Source of the DNA: Sulfurimonas sp.
GTDB lineage: Bacteria > Campylobacterota > Campylobacteria > Campylobacterales > Sulfurimonadaceae
Assembly (NCBI GenBank): GCA_027071805.1
Contig: JALSYX010000038.1
Span: 1-61,346, forward strand
Length of the DNA: 61,346 bases
Direction of reading: 5' to 3'
The position numbers were made by a program, and so were the translations under genes. Below the pieces are notes generated by a model that saw only the letters and a program-made list of their open reading frames with translations, ran no database searches and was not told the DNA's origin. Shown here piece after piece: positions 20,750 through 31,402 of the stretch (position 1 is its first letter; each line of letters opens with the position of its first letter).

Positions 20750-23092
20750 ATGGCTGAGGCACAAGAAGAGATAATTATCATTCAAGAGAATGATGTTGCA
20801 GATGAAGCGAACACACAAGAGACAGAGCTTGATACAGAAGCAGCCAAAAAGAAAAAAATTCTTCTCTTTGGTGGTATTGCCATCATTCTTGTACTTATTA
20901 TTGTCATTAGTCTGCTCTTAGTTTTAAAAGCTTCCCAAAAAAAAGAGAAATACTCCATGGACAATCTTGAATCTTCTCTTACAAAAACAAAAAAAGAAGT
21001 TGTTCAACCTAGTAAACTTGAAAACATGATAGCCAAAGCAAACTATCTCTACAGTAATGGTTCAAAAAATAAAGCACTCTCTTTATATGAACGCATCGCC
21101 CAATATAGTGAAGCCATCTCTTTATACAATCTCGGAGTTGCTCAACTCAAAAACAAACAGTACAAACAAGCCCAAAAAACCTTTGAAAAAGCCATTCAAA
21201 ACAATGATAAACGCTGTGTCAGTGCCATTAATGCAGCGGTCTGTTCCCTGCATCTCAAAGAGCAGGAAAATTTTCAATACTATCTTGATTTAGCCTATGC
21301 TTACCTGCCAAGTGAAGCAAATTCACCGCTGTATCATTACTATTATGCGCTTATTAACTACTACAATAAAAACTATCTTGAAGCTTTAAGTGCACTTCAA
21401 AATTCCAAAGATAAAATGGTGTACCCACTTATAGAAAATGACCTCAAAGCAAAACTCCATGCCCTTTTTGGCAATAATTATGCAGCAATTGAGGCGATGG
21501 AAAATAAATTTCAAGATGGCGATGATTTGAGTCTTGCACTGCTTTATGCTCGTGTAGGTGAGTATAACCTAGCCATTTCACACCTGCAAGAGAGTATTTT
21601 AAAAAACATCCAAGCCGTGAGAGCACAACTCGCACTCGGACTCATAGATTTAAAAGCAGGAAAAATCATCGATGCAACACGAGAAATAAAAAATGTTACC
21701 GATATGTTTCCCAAACAAGTTGCCAAACTCTACCCTATAAAAGTCAAACTCCAACAATCACTCTTTGATGCAAAGGTAGCACAAAAGAATTATCTTAAAA
21801 ATATTACAAATTCTCGATCACTTATCTATCAACGAATTTTTTATTTTTCTCCCTATAAAGTCTTTAATGCCAACAAAACCATAAGCTATATTCGTCGAGG
21901 GAATGCCAATATTTATATTGATGATGTTGCATCTGCTAAAGGCTACCTTGCCAAAAGTGCCACCGTTTCCAATGTCAATATCGGCATCACAACAGCCATC
22001 AAACAAGCCCTCTCTTTTAAAATACGTCAAGCAAACAGCACTTTAAAAACATTAGTCAAACGCCAGCCAAAGCACTCAATTTTGCAGTATGATTTAGGAC
22101 TGAGCTATGCACAAATGGGAAACATGGAGTTAGCACATAAACATTTTCTGCGTTCTTATTATCTTGATGCCAAAAATTATCTCTCTGGAATTTATGCACT
22201 CTTAAGCGCACAACTCATCAATAAAGAGAGTAAAAAACTCAAATCAATCATCAAAGATTCCCTTGCAGATGAACCAGAGAGTGAAGAGAAACAATTTTAC
22301 ATGACACTTTTACATATTGCACAAAACAACTATATCTCTTCTATTGATTGGCTTGATAATAACTATAAACAAAAACCAATTTATCTCGCCCTCAACTTTA
22401 TCATCGCAATGAAACTCAACAAAATGCAAGCAGCACAAGAAGCATCTCAAAAGCTTACAACACTCCTACCACACGACATTTTGCCACATCTTATGTATAT
22501 TGATGCCCATTTTTATGACTTAGAGGAGACAAAATATGCTGCAAAAGTTTTAAACTACCTCAAAAAACAGCAATTTGATTTTACTGATTTGTATTATGGT
22601 CCAAACATTACACGCTTTTTATACATCAAAGAAAACCTCATTACAGGAAAACTCTATTTTTTAGCACAACAACTTGAGAAGAAACTACAAGAGTCTCAAA
22701 CGCAGACAGCAGATATGATGAGTGCACTTGCTATGAGTTATCTCTTTGGGCAGCAGTATGAAAAAGCCTACACTTTGTACAATACCCTTATAGACGAAGT
22801 GAAAATGCGCGATGTGAATACCCTCTTTTTAGGGGCTATCGCTTCAACAGCTGCAGAACATCATGGCAATGCCATCGCACTCCTCGAGCTTGCAAACTTA
22901 AAAAACAAAAATTTTGCACAGAGTCGTTATGCCTTAGGGCTCCTCTATTTAGAGCTCAAAAATAATGAAGCGGCTGTAATTCAATTTGCACATATCAATA
23001 CAAATAGTTTTCAATCACAATACTTTGATTTTACCATTGATGGAGATAAACTGCTCTTTCTTAAATCTCACCATGCGTCCAAGCAGCAATAG
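20750..23092 (+). CDS. pflB: Flagellar motor scaffold TPR protein PflB
   Basis: Acidic N-terminus, one TM, then TPRs; MIAKANYLY...YNLGVAQ...AINAAVC...YYLDLA resembles Campylobacter PflB as I recall it. Confidence 0.85.
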   Translation: MAEAQEEIIIIQENDVADEANTQETELDTEAAKKKKILLFGGIAIILVLIIVISLLLVLKASQKKEKYSMDNLESSLTKTKKEVVQPSKLENMIAKANYLYSNGSKNKALSLYERIAQYSEAISLYNLGVAQLKNKQYKQAQKTFEKAIQNNDKRCVSAINAAVCSLHLKEQENFQYYLDLAYAYLPSEANSPLYHYYYALINYYNKNYLEALSALQNSKDKMVYPLIENDLKAKLHALFGNNYAAIEAMENKFQDGDDLSLALLYARVGEYNLAISHLQESILKNIQAVRAQLALGLIDLKAGKIIDATREIKNVTDMFPKQVAKLYPIKVKLQQSLFDAKVAQKNYLKNITNSRSLIYQRIFYFSPYKVFNANKTISYIRRGNANIYIDDVASAKGYLAKSATVSNVNIGITTAIKQALSFKIRQANSTLKTLVKRQPKHSILQYDLGLSYAQMGNMELAHKHFLRSYYLDAKNYLSGIYALLSAQLINKESKKLKSIIKDSLADEPESEEKQFYMTLLHIAQNNYISSIDWLDNNYKQKPIYLALNFIIAMKLNKMQAAQEASQKLTTLLPHDILPHLMYIDAHFYDLEETKYAAKVLNYLKKQQFDFTDLYYGPNITRFLYIKENLITGKLYFLAQQLEKKLQESQTQTADMMSALAMSYLFGQQYEKAYTLYNTLIDEVKMRDVNTLFLGAIASTAAEHHGNAIALLELANLKNKNFAQSRYALGLLYLELKNNEAAVIQFAHINTNSFQSQYFDFTIDGDKLLFLKSHHASKQQ

Positions 23093-23318
23093 CATCGACT
23101 AAGGTATCAAAGCTCTCTCCTTTGCCTATGATAAATACCTCATCTAAAATATAACACGTGACTTTGGTACTCGCTTCAAGCAAAAACACAGCATACTCAC
23201 CTGGAGTATTAGACTGCACAGAGAGAACTTTCATTCCATCTACTATATCATTAACTTCTACAATATCATCATACTCCGCATTGATAAGTTTTTTCCCATC
23301 ACTACTATAAATTTTCAT
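23061..23318 (-). CDS. Hypothetical acidic protein (85 aa)
   Basis: AAAGGTG SD; natural-looking composition; convergent 32-nt overlap with pflB. Confidence 0.7.
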   Translation of the reverse strand: MKIYSSDGKKLINAEYDDIVEVNDIVDGMKVLSVQSNTPGEYAVFLLEASTKVTCYILDEVFIIGKGESFDTLVDAIAAWTHGEI

Positions 23319-23377
23319 TATGTCACCTTTTGTTAGTCAAGTTTAGTGTAAAATTATTTTTATAAAGGAAAGTTTAC

Positions 23378-24301
23378 ATGAATATAGCAAATAACATCAC
23401 AGAACTCATAGGAAATACTCCACTTGTACGTTTAAATAAAGCCTCTGCAAAAACAGGAGCAACTATTTTAGGCAAATGTGAGTTTTTAAACCCCACAAGT
23501 TCCGTCAAAGACAGAATTGGTTTTAATATGATTCGCCGTGCACAAGAAGCGGGCAAAATCACACCAGAGACAACCATTATAGAACCAACCAGCGGTAACA
23601 CAGGAATTGCCTTAGCAGCAAACTGTGCAGCACAAAACTTAAAGCTGATGTTAACTATGCCTGATTCTATGAGTGTAGAGCGTCGTAACATCTTAAAAGC
23701 ACTTGGAGCTGAGCTTGTTTTAACCCCTGCAGCAAAAGGAATGAAAGGCTCTATTGCCAAGGCACAAGAGATTCAAGCTGCTACTAAAAACGCAATCATC
23801 CTCCAACAATTTGCAAACCCTGCAAACCCTGAAATCCACCGGCTTACAACAGCACAAGAAATTCTAAGTGATACAGACGGCAAACTCGATGCCTTTGTTG
23901 CCGCAGTTGGAACAGGCGGTACACTCACAGGAACTTCTGAAGTTTTAAAAGAAGCCAATGCCAACATAGCTATTTTTGCCGTTGAGCCTGAAGCTTCAGC
24001 TATTCTCTCAGGAGAGTCTCCATCACCGCATAAAATTCAAGGTATCGGTGCAGGTTTTGTACCTGATATTTTAAATACGAATGTGTATGGAGAGGTCATT
24101 AAAATTAGTAATGAAGAGGCATTTTCCACAGCAAAAATGCTCGCCAAAGAAGAGGGCTTACTTGTGGGTATCTCTGCGGGTGCTAATGTAGCAGCAGCAA
24201 TGAAAGTTGCCTCCCGTCCAGAGTTTCAAGGTAAAACAATCGTGACTATTTTATGTGATACAGGAGAGCGTTACTTAAGTACCGAGCTTTTTAGTGAGTA
24301 A
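23378..24301 (+). CDS. cysK: Cysteine synthase A
   Basis: NPTSSVKDRI, EPTSGNTG, GTGGT, HKIQGIG, GISAGA. Confidence 0.97.
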   Translation: MNIANNITELIGNTPLVRLNKASAKTGATILGKCEFLNPTSSVKDRIGFNMIRRAQEAGKITPETTIIEPTSGNTGIALAANCAAQNLKLMLTMPDSMSVERRNILKALGAELVLTPAAKGMKGSIAKAQEIQAATKNAIILQQFANPANPEIHRLTTAQEILSDTDGKLDAFVAAVGTGGTLTGTSEVLKEANANIAIFAVEPEASAILSGESPSPHKIQGIGAGFVPDILNTNVYGEVIKISNEEAFSTAKMLAKEEGLLVGISAGANVAAAMKVASRPEFQGKTIVTILCDTGERYLSTELFSE

Positions 24302-24884
24302 AACATTTCTTGAAACCATAAAGTCCCAAGATGGAAGGCTCTTTCATCTTGCCTACCACCAAAAACGCTTTAAGCGAACACTTTTTGCACTTGGCTGCAC
24401 TACTGTTGCACAACTGCATTCTCTACTCAACCCTCCACAAAAAGGTCTTTACCGTTGTCGTGTTCTTTACTCTAAAAACACCCTAGAAGTCAGTTATCAT
24501 CCTTATGTCAAACGCAGTGTGCATTCACTCAAACTCATATATGATGACACCATAGAGTATGCTTTGAAATATGCCAATAGAGAAAAAATTAATGCTCATT
24601 TTTCACAAAAAGAGCAAGCAGATGATATTTTAATCATTAAAAATCATCTTGTGACCGATACCAGTATCGCCAACATCGCCTTTTTTGATGGGGAAAAATG
24701 GTTCACTCCAAAAAAGCCTCTACTAAAAGGGACAACACGAGCAAGACTTTTAGATTTACATCAAATTTATGAAAAAGATATTGCTGTAGATACCCTCAAA
24801 AAGTACAAAAAAGTCGCACTGTTGAATGCGATGATAGATTTTGATATAATTTCAGAAGATAAACACAAAGGACTCTATTGTTAG
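24294..24884 (+). CDS. pabC: Aminotransferase class IV, probable aminodeoxychorismate lyase
   Basis: LETIK, YHQKR, KYANR, TDTSIANI, LLKGTTR. Confidence 0.75.
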   Translation: MSKTFLETIKSQDGRLFHLAYHQKRFKRTLFALGCTTVAQLHSLLNPPQKGLYRCRVLYSKNTLEVSYHPYVKRSVHSLKLIYDDTIEYALKYANREKINAHFSQKEQADDILIIKNHLVTDTSIANIAFFDGEKWFTPKKPLLKGTTRARLLDLHQIYEKDIAVDTLKKYKKVALLNAMIDFDIISEDKHKGLYC

Positions 24885-25336
24885 AAACAGTCATAGAAGA
24901 TATTGATTTTGCAGAATTAATGCAAAAAAATATTCAAGATTTAATCATACATTTTTTTGAAAAAGAGCAAAATTTTGGTATATTGTGTAAAATTGAAGAG
25001 GTCTCTTTTGATCCCGAACTTCCACAAGAAATCAACAGAGAGTTTCGTCCTTTAACACTCTTCTTTTTAGCAGGATATACCTTTGAAACTGCCCGTATAG
25101 AAGACGATATGCTCATTTTTGAAGCTGGATTTGGGGCAAATAACATAGGGAGTATTGTCACTGTTCCTCTTTTGAGTATCATGCAAATCATCATTGATGA
25201 AACTCCTATTTTTATCAATCTTGCGACTGTAAAAAAGGTGCCAGAAAATTCTCAAAAAGAGATAGATCCAAGTGGTGTAGAGAACTCAATGGCTTCATTT
25301 TTATCAAACCCTGAGAACTCTAAATTTTTAAAGTAG
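24878..25336 (+). CDS. Hypothetical protein, possible SspB-like fold
   Basis: AAAGGA SD and TTG start; LIFEAGFG..VTVPLLSIMQI resembles the SspB core. Confidence 0.75.
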   Translation: MLETVIEDIDFAELMQKNIQDLIIHFFEKEQNFGILCKIEEVSFDPELPQEINREFRPLTLFFLAGYTFETARIEDDMLIFEAGFGANNIGSIVTVPLLSIMQIIIDETPIFINLATVKKVPENSQKEIDPSGVENSMASFLSNPENSKFLK

Positions 25337-25337
25337 T

Positions 25338-26237
25338 TTATATTTTATGTAAAGAGAGTAAATAGCTTACAACATTCTCCACGAAGGCATCATGTTTTCT
25401 ATCTTTAGAGTAAGCAATATAAAACTTTCTTACCATTTTATGATTTTTGAGTTTTGATTCATAGAGTATTCCATTTTCAACCTCTGTTTGTGCCACATGC
25501 TTTGACATGATGGATACAAGTGGTTTTTCTCTGTTTTGTGCTCGCATAATAGACTCTTTAATTGCTGTTGTACTTGCAAGCACACCAATAACATTAAAAT
25601 GATTACACTGCACACCAATCTCTTCAAAAGCTTCTGCTGTTAATTTTCTCGTATGCGACTCTTCATTACGACAAATCCAATCAAATTCGAGCAAATCATC
25701 GGCTGCAAGTTGTTTTTTAATCGGTTGATTGGAAATCACAACAAGTTCATCTTCCACCCATTCTCTATAAATCAGTCCATCTTCCATAACGGGAGATTCT
25801 ATCAAAGCAATGTCAATTTTTTTATCTAAAAGTTGTTCAATGATTTTTGCAGACCAATCAACATTCATAAATACTTCATTTGCAATACGCTTTTTAATCT
25901 CACCCAAATAATTTGGTAAAATATAGTTTCCAATCGTAAAAGAAGACCCCATCACAAATGTAAAATCTTTGTTAATAATTTTGAGTAAATCTTTTTCGCT
26001 TGTCATAATTGTTTTTTCAAGTCTCTGTGCAATACGAAATAAATCTTCACCCTCTTTTGTAAGCAAAATTCCATTTTTCTTTCTATCGACAATTTTCGTG
26101 TCTAAATAATCTTCTATAAATTTGATTTGTTGTGTTACCGCAGGTTGTGAGATTCCTAATTTTGCCGAAGCCTTAGAAAAACTTTTTTCTTTGATAACCA
26201 TCAAAAATGTTTGCAATTTTGCAAAATCTTTTAACAT
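25338..26237 (-). CDS. LysR family transcriptional regulator
   Basis: SFSKASAKLGISQPAVTQQIK HTH plus substrate-binding domain. Confidence 0.95.
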   Translation of the reverse strand: MLKDFAKLQTFLMVIKEKSFSKASAKLGISQPAVTQQIKFIEDYLDTKIVDRKKNGILLTKEGEDLFRIAQRLEKTIMTSEKDLLKIINKDFTFVMGSSFTIGNYILPNYLGEIKKRIANEVFMNVDWSAKIIEQLLDKKIDIALIESPVMEDGLIYREWVEDELVVISNQPIKKQLAADDLLEFDWICRNEESHTRKLTAEAFEEIGVQCNHFNVIGVLASTTAIKESIMRAQNREKPLVSIMSKHVAQTEVENGILYESKLKNHKMVRKFYIAYSKDRKHDAFVENVVSYLLSLHKI

Positions 26238-26269
26238 AATAATTCCTATAAGTATAATTGATAATAAAA

Positions 26270-26288
26270 TTATAACCGAGAATTATAA
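26270..26288. promoter_or_regulatory. Putative LysR autoregulatory box
   Basis: Dyad TTATAA-ccgagaa-TTATAA containing T-N11-A, ~33 nt upstream of the LysR start. Confidence 0.55.
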
Positions 26289-26361
26289 TTAAATCAAGTG
26301 TTTTCTTATAATATATTACAATTTGTAAAGAGAATTTATGATATTATGCGAACTACAAAGA

Positions 26362-26437
26362 CTCCTCATCGCTTAACTGGATAAAGCAGGGCCCTCCTAA
26401 GGCCTAGCTCGAGGTTCGAGTCCTCGTGGGGAGACCA
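26362..26437 (+). tRNA. tRNA-Arg (anticodon CCT)
   Basis: Acceptor CTCCTCA/TGGGGAG, D-loop TGGA, anticodon arm GGGCC-CTCCTAA-GGCCT, T-loop TTCGAG, encoded CCA. Confidence 0.96.
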
Positions 26438-26443
26438 AAATAC

Positions 26444-27184
26444 CTACGAATTTATCTCATTTTTAATTATTTGTGCAAGTGCACTGCATTGTTTGATTTT
26501 TTGGGCATAGTTCAAATCTTCTTGTAAAAGTATATCTATAAATGCACTGCCAACTATCACACCATCGGCTCCTTTTACTTTTGCTTTTGCTGTTTTTGCA
26601 TTCACACCAAACCCGACATATACAGGGGTTTGTGTATATTTTTTTATAGAAGCTAAAAAAGGTTGTAAATCTTCAGCTTTTCCAGAACCTGTAATACCGG
26701 TATATGCTACCATATAAATAAATTTTTGTGCATCTTGCACCACTTCTTGTATACGCGCTTCGCTGTCCGTAGGTGCTACAAAACTAATGTTTGAAAGAGA
26801 ATTTTTGGCAAATAAATCTTTATACAGCAGTGCCTCTTCATGTGGAACATCAGGAATAATTAAACCATTGACTCCAATTTCACGAGCCAAAGGCAGAAGT
26901 TTTTCCATTTTTTGCTGGTAGAAGCTGTTAAAATACCCCATCCATAAAGTATCTACTTTTGGAGCGACCGCTTGTGAGATTTCGAGTAAATCTTGAAACT
27001 TGAAACCTAGTTCAAGTGCTTTATGGTTTGCTTTTTCTATTAAAGGTCCATCCGCAACTGGATCGGAGAAAGGAACACCGAGTTCTAAGGTATCTACACC
27101 ATTTTCACCTAAGGCCAAAGCCAAATCTATAGTAAATGCTTTTTCAGGATAGCCTGAAGTAATGTATGCAACTAAATTTTTCAT
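26444..27184 (-). CDS. trpA: Tryptophan synthase alpha chain
   Basis: ELGVPFSDPVADGP, IIPDVP, GITG, VGFG, ADGVIVGSA. Confidence 0.97.
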   Translation of the reverse strand: MKNLVAYITSGYPEKAFTIDLALALGENGVDTLELGVPFSDPVADGPLIEKANHKALELGFKFQDLLEISQAVAPKVDTLWMGYFNSFYQQKMEKLLPLAREIGVNGLIIPDVPHEEALLYKDLFAKNSLSNISFVAPTDSEARIQEVVQDAQKFIYMVAYTGITGSGKAEDLQPFLASIKKYTQTPVYVGFGVNAKTAKAKVKGADGVIVGSAFIDILLQEDLNYAQKIKQCSALAQIIKNEINS

Positions 27185-27190
27185 ATTGTA

Positions 27191-27595
27191 TTATTTTTCC
27201 AAGTCAGGTATTTTTAAAAGAGCATATTTTATTTTGCTCAGTTCATTGTCTAATTTCAAATCATCTTGCCATTGGGCGAACATATCATTGATACTCAAAA
27301 GCCAATCAATTGTTTCTGGAGAAACAGGGGGTTGCATTTTACGTAAGCTTTCAAGTGCATCTTCTACAAATGAAGCAAGCTTAAACATCGTGGTAATTTT
27401 TAAGTAACCAGAAGCTGATTTTATATTGTGAAAAACACGAAAAAGTTCATCGACAGCTCTTTTGTACATCGCTTCATTATAAGAAAGGTCCATAATCATA
27501 ATTTCCATACTCTCAACCATAATAGCAAAGTGGTCTAAAAACTCATCAACTATTTCAAAATCAAAGTCTGCTTCTAAATCGCTTCTTATGCCCAT
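27191..27595 (-). CDS. Stand-alone Hpt (CheA-P1-like) phosphotransfer protein
   Basis: LFRVFHNIKSASG motif; ATG at 27595 follows GGAG. Confidence 0.88.
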   Translation of the reverse strand: MGIRSDLEADFDFEIVDEFLDHFAIMVESMEIMIMDLSYNEAMYKRAVDELFRVFHNIKSASGYLKITTMFKLASFVEDALESLRKMQPPVSPETIDWLLSINDMFAQWQDDLKLDNELSKIKYALLKIPDLEK

Positions 27596-27638
27596 AAAAT
27601 AATTCTCCAATGTTGCCACAATTATAGCAATTTTTAGT

Positions 27639-27644
27639 TAAAAT
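27639..27644 (+). promoter_or_regulatory. -10 hexamer (TAAAAT) 6 nt before panB ATG; probable leaderless transcript
   Basis: TAAAAT-accact-ATG, no SD. Confidence 0.5.
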
Positions 27645-27650
27645 ACCACT

Positions 27651-28445
27651 ATGAATAAAAAACTGACAATTTCGACAATAAAAAAACGTAAAGGACAAGA
27701 GCCTTTAGTCATGATTACAGCATACGATGCACTCTTTGCAAAGCTCCTTGAGCCGAGTGCCGATATGATTTTAGTTGGTGATAGTCTCAACATGAGTTTT
27801 GCTGGAAAAAGCGATACAGTGAGCGCAACTTTAGAACAAATGATTTACCATACAAATGCCGTTTGTAGAGGAGCACAGAACAGTTTTGTTATCACAGACA
27901 TGCCCTTTGGAACCTACACAAACAAAGATTTAGCCCTGCAAAACGCAATACAAGTCTTTCAACAAACGCAAGCCGATTGTATAAAAGTTGAAGGAGGAGA
28001 AGACAAAGCCGCGATTGTTGCACACCTTACAAGTAATGGTATTGCAGTATGTGGACATATTGGTTTACTCCCCCAATCTGTACGTAGTGAAGGTGGCTAC
28101 AAGGTGAAGGGCAAAACAGAAGAAGAGGCATCACAACTCATCAAAGACGCTCAAGCAATAGAAAACGCAGGTGCTTTTTGTATGGTCATAGAGGGTGTTA
28201 AGTCCGAGGTTGCAAAAGCTGTTGCCGAATCTGTTTCTATTCCTGTCATAGGTATAGGAGCAGGAAAAGATGTTGATGGACAAGTGCTTGTCTTTTCAGA
28301 TATGTTAGGACTTTTTGAAGCCTTTACACCAAAATTTGTCAAAAAGTATCTTGATGGTGCGAGCTTAGTAAAAACAGCACTCCAAGAGTATGCCAAAGAG
28401 GTACAAACAAAAACTTTTCCACAAGAAGAACATACCTACTCATGA
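27651..28445 (+). CDS. panB: 3-methyl-2-oxobutanoate hydroxymethyltransferase
   Basis: [33 protein letters not shown]. Confidence 0.97.
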   Translation: MNKKLTISTIKKRKGQEPLVMITAYDALFAKLLEPSADMILVGDSLNMSFAGKSDTVSATLEQMIYHTNAVCRGAQNSFVITDMPFGTYTNKDLALQNAIQVFQQTQADCIKVEGGEDKAAIVAHLTSNGIAVCGHIGLLPQSVRSEGGYKVKGKTEEEASQLIKDAQAIENAGAFCMVIEGVKSEVAKAVAESVSIPVIGIGAGKDVDGQVLVFSDMLGLFEAFTPKFVKKYLDGASLVKTALQEYAKEVQTKTFPQEEHTYS

Positions 28446-28455
28446 GAAGCATCTA

Positions 28456-29469
28456 ATGGAACGAATGGTTGAAATTGAAACTTTTGATTCTGAAGAAGCT
28501 TCTAGTGAAGTGACTCTCAGACCAGATGCTTGGAGTGAGTACATTGGGCAAGATCAAATTAAAAAAAATCTTGGTGTTTTTATAGAGGCAAGTAAAAAAC
28601 GCCAAGAAGCCCTTGATCATGTCCTTTTCTTTGGACCTCCAGGGCTTGGAAAAACCACACTGGCACTCATTATTGCCAATGAAATGCAAGCAAATATCAA
28701 AGTCACCGCAGCACCTATGATAGAAAAAAGCGGTGATTTAGCAGCAATTTTAACAAACCTTGAAGAGGGAGATATTCTCTTTATAGATGAAATTCATCGT
28801 CTTTCTCCTGCTGTCGAAGAGATTCTCTACTCCTCTATGGAAGATTACCGCATAGATATTATTATAGGGAGTGGTCCAGCGGCACAAACCGTCAAAATTG
28901 ACCTCCCCCGTTTTACTCTTATAGGGGCAACAACACGAGCAGGTATGCTCTCAAACCCACTGCGTGATAGATTTGGTATGAGTTTTCGTATGCAGTTTTA
29001 CACGGCTGAGGAACTTGCCAAAATCATTGTCCAAGCAGCAAATAAACTCGACAAAGAGATTGTCAAAGAAGCAGCCTTAGAGATTAGTAAACGCAGTCGT
29101 GGTACACCCCGTATTGCACTGCGTTTATTACGTAGAGTCCGTGATTTTGCCGATGTAGCAGATGAAAAACAAATAAACCATACAACAACACAATATGCAC
29201 TTGATGAACTTGGCATCAATTCGCATGGTTTTGATGAGATGGATTTGCGTTTGCTCAAACTGCTTGCACATGCAAAAGGACGGGCAATGGGGCTTAGTTC
29301 TATTGCTGCTTCACTCAGTGAAGATGAGGGAACAGTGGAAGATGTACTAGAGCCCTACCTTATAGCCAATGGCTATTTGGAGCGAACCGCCAAAGGAAGA
29401 AAAGCAACACCAAAAACATATGATGCTTTGAGTTTAAACTATATCAACGAGGATGGGACACTTTTTTAA
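28456..29469 (+). CDS. ruvB: Holliday junction helicase RuvB
   Basis: [35 protein letters not shown]; start at MERMVE. Confidence 0.98.
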   Translation: MERMVEIETFDSEEASSEVTLRPDAWSEYIGQDQIKKNLGVFIEASKKRQEALDHVLFFGPPGLGKTTLALIIANEMQANIKVTAAPMIEKSGDLAAILTNLEEGDILFIDEIHRLSPAVEEILYSSMEDYRIDIIIGSGPAAQTVKIDLPRFTLIGATTRAGMLSNPLRDRFGMSFRMQFYTAEELAKIIVQAANKLDKEIVKEAALEISKRSRGTPRIALRLLRRVRDFADVADEKQINHTTTQYALDELGINSHGFDEMDLRLLKLLAHAKGRAMGLSSIAASLSEDEGTVEDVLEPYLIANGYLERTAKGRKATPKTYDALSLNYINEDGTLF

Positions 29470-30521
29470 TGAAACCACAATACTTTACAGCCATACTCTT
29501 TGCCACTGCCTTATACTGGATGTACCTGCTTTATGCACCTTTTCTTTTACTCATTACTATTGCCGCACTCCTTGCTATTTCTACTGCAAACATCCAAGAT
29601 TATTTTGAAAATGTTTTCAAAAACAAGCTCTTTGCAGCCGCTCTCTCAAGCCTGCTTTTAGCCATTTTATTTTTTGCTCCCTTAGGGTATTTTTTGGCTA
29701 CATTAACCATAAAACTCAACTCGGTAGAACCAGAAGTCTTACAAAAGATGCAAGTTTATATTACATCAATGGTGGCAAATCCGCCTGAATATCTGCTGTT
29801 TTTAAAGCCCTACTTAAATGATGCCATGCAAGAGTTTGACACAAGACTCTTAACCTCAAGTGCCTTAAGCAGTGCTGCAAAAGTGGGAGCTTTTAGTGCA
29901 GGCTTTTTAAAAAATGCCTTTCTTATCATCATCTTTTATTTCTTTGCTCAGTATAATGGCTCTGCAATCATTGCGTTTATAAAACGCATTGTGCAAATGT
30001 CTGTCGATGAAAGTACTTTAATGGTAAAAGAACTCTCTGCTGTAATGGGAGTTGTTTTTTACTCCATTATAGCAACGGCTATGTTTGAGGGCATGCTTTT
30101 TGGTTTAGCAATCTCCTACCTTGGATATAATGGTATTTTATTTGGTGTCATGTATGGTTTTGCTTCTTTAATTCCCGTTATTGGCGGGATTATTATGTGG
30201 TTGCCTTTTATGCTCTATGAACTCTCTTTTGGCAATACACAAGAAGCAATTTTCATTGCTCTGTATTCTGTTGTCGTTATCTCAATTGTTGCTGATACCT
30301 TTGTGAAACCACTCATCATTAAAGAGATTAATAACAGAGTTTTACAAAACAATCAAACACAGATGAATGAACTTGTTATCTTTTTTGCCATCATCGCAGG
30401 ACTTACAACCTTTGGTTTTTGGGGTATGATTTTAGGACCTGCCATCACTGCGTTTTTCTTAACCATTTTAAAACTCTTTGAAGATAGGAGCAAAGAGTTG
30501 GAAATGAGAAATATCAACTAA
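29469..30521 (+). CDS. AI-2E family transporter
   Basis: Multi-TM; SLIPVIG, DTFVKP, FGFWGMILGP. Confidence 0.9.
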   Translation: MKPQYFTAILFATALYWMYLLYAPFLLLITIAALLAISTANIQDYFENVFKNKLFAAALSSLLLAILFFAPLGYFLATLTIKLNSVEPEVLQKMQVYITSMVANPPEYLLFLKPYLNDAMQEFDTRLLTSSALSSAAKVGAFSAGFLKNAFLIIIFYFFAQYNGSAIIAFIKRIVQMSVDESTLMVKELSAVMGVVFYSIIATAMFEGMLFGLAISYLGYNGILFGVMYGFASLIPVIGGIIMWLPFMLYELSFGNTQEAIFIALYSVVVISIVADTFVKPLIIKEINNRVLQNNQTQMNELVIFFAIIAGLTTFGFWGMILGPAITAFFLTILKLFEDRSKELEMRNIN

Positions 30522-31402
30522 TTCTGATAAATCTCCGGCTTATCATTCTTCCAACGTCGATGGAGCCAAAACCAAAATTTTGGCTCTTTACTTATAAGTG
30601 AAGTAAGCCAATCTGCTTGGAGTTGTGTCGCTTTTTGTAAGTCTGCTGCTTCATCTTCGGTTTTTTCAACAGGGATTTCATCAAACAGCATCAGCGTATA
30701 ATGCTCTTCATCATCCGTTCTTATAGCAACAGGAATAATCGCTGCATTAAATTTTCTCGCAAGATAAGCAGGTGTTGTTACTTGGCGGATAGGTTTACCC
30801 ATAAAGTTTACAATTGTTCCTTCTCTTTCATTAATGTTTGTATCTATCAATAAACCAGAAGCTTTACCAGCTTTTATGAGTTTAATGAGCGGTTTAACCA
30901 CCTTCTCTTTTTCTAGGTTTGTGTTACCAAAACGGGCACGGGCTTCAAGTACCCAATCTTCATACTCTCTGTTTTTCATTTTTTTATAAACAGCACCCAG
31001 TGGTTCTATCATAGCCCCAATAGCTGCACCGCCTAGCTCCCAAGAGGAATAATGTGTCGTCACATAAATAACAGCTCGACCCTCTTTATGTACTTTTTCT
31101 ACTGCTTCTGCATTTTCAATTGTGATTTTTTTTGTCAATGCTTCCTTACTAATATGGCGCAATTCCATCAAATGTAAAAAATTAAACAAGAGATTTTTAA
31201 AACTATATTTTGTAATGGCTTTGATCTGAGCATCACTCATTGTGCCATCAAAAGCATAATTGAGATTTTGCCGTACAATTTTTCTATATTTTGGTGCCAA
31301 AATATAAGCTATTTTTGCAAGGAAGGCAAAAAACATTTTTCTCATACTTTTTGGAAGTACCATTAAAAAAGACTCCAAAATAAGTAGTATTTTATAACCC
31401 AT
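30518..31402 (-). CDS. htrB: Lipid A acyltransferase (HtrB/LpxL family)
   Basis: HYSSWE, LIDTN, PKFWFWLHRRWK. Confidence 0.9.
   Translation of the reverse strand: MGYKILLILESFLMVLPKSMRKMFFAFLAKIAYILAPKYRKIVRQNLNYAFDGTMSDAQIKAITKYSFKNLLFNFLHLMELRHISKEALTKKITIENAEAVEKVHKEGRAVIYVTTHYSSWELGGAAIGAMIEPLGAVYKKMKNREYEDWVLEARARFGNTNLEKEKVVKPLIKLIKAGKASGLLIDTNINEREGTIVNFMGKPIRQVTTPAYLARKFNAAIIPVAIRTDDEEHYTLMLFDEIPVEKTEDEAADLQKATQLQADWLTSLISKEPKFWFWLHRRWKNDKPEIYQN

Noticed and set aside
26362-26443. tRNA as an island integration site
   Set aside because: trpA ends 6 nt after the tRNA; no integrase or duplicated tRNA 3' end was seen
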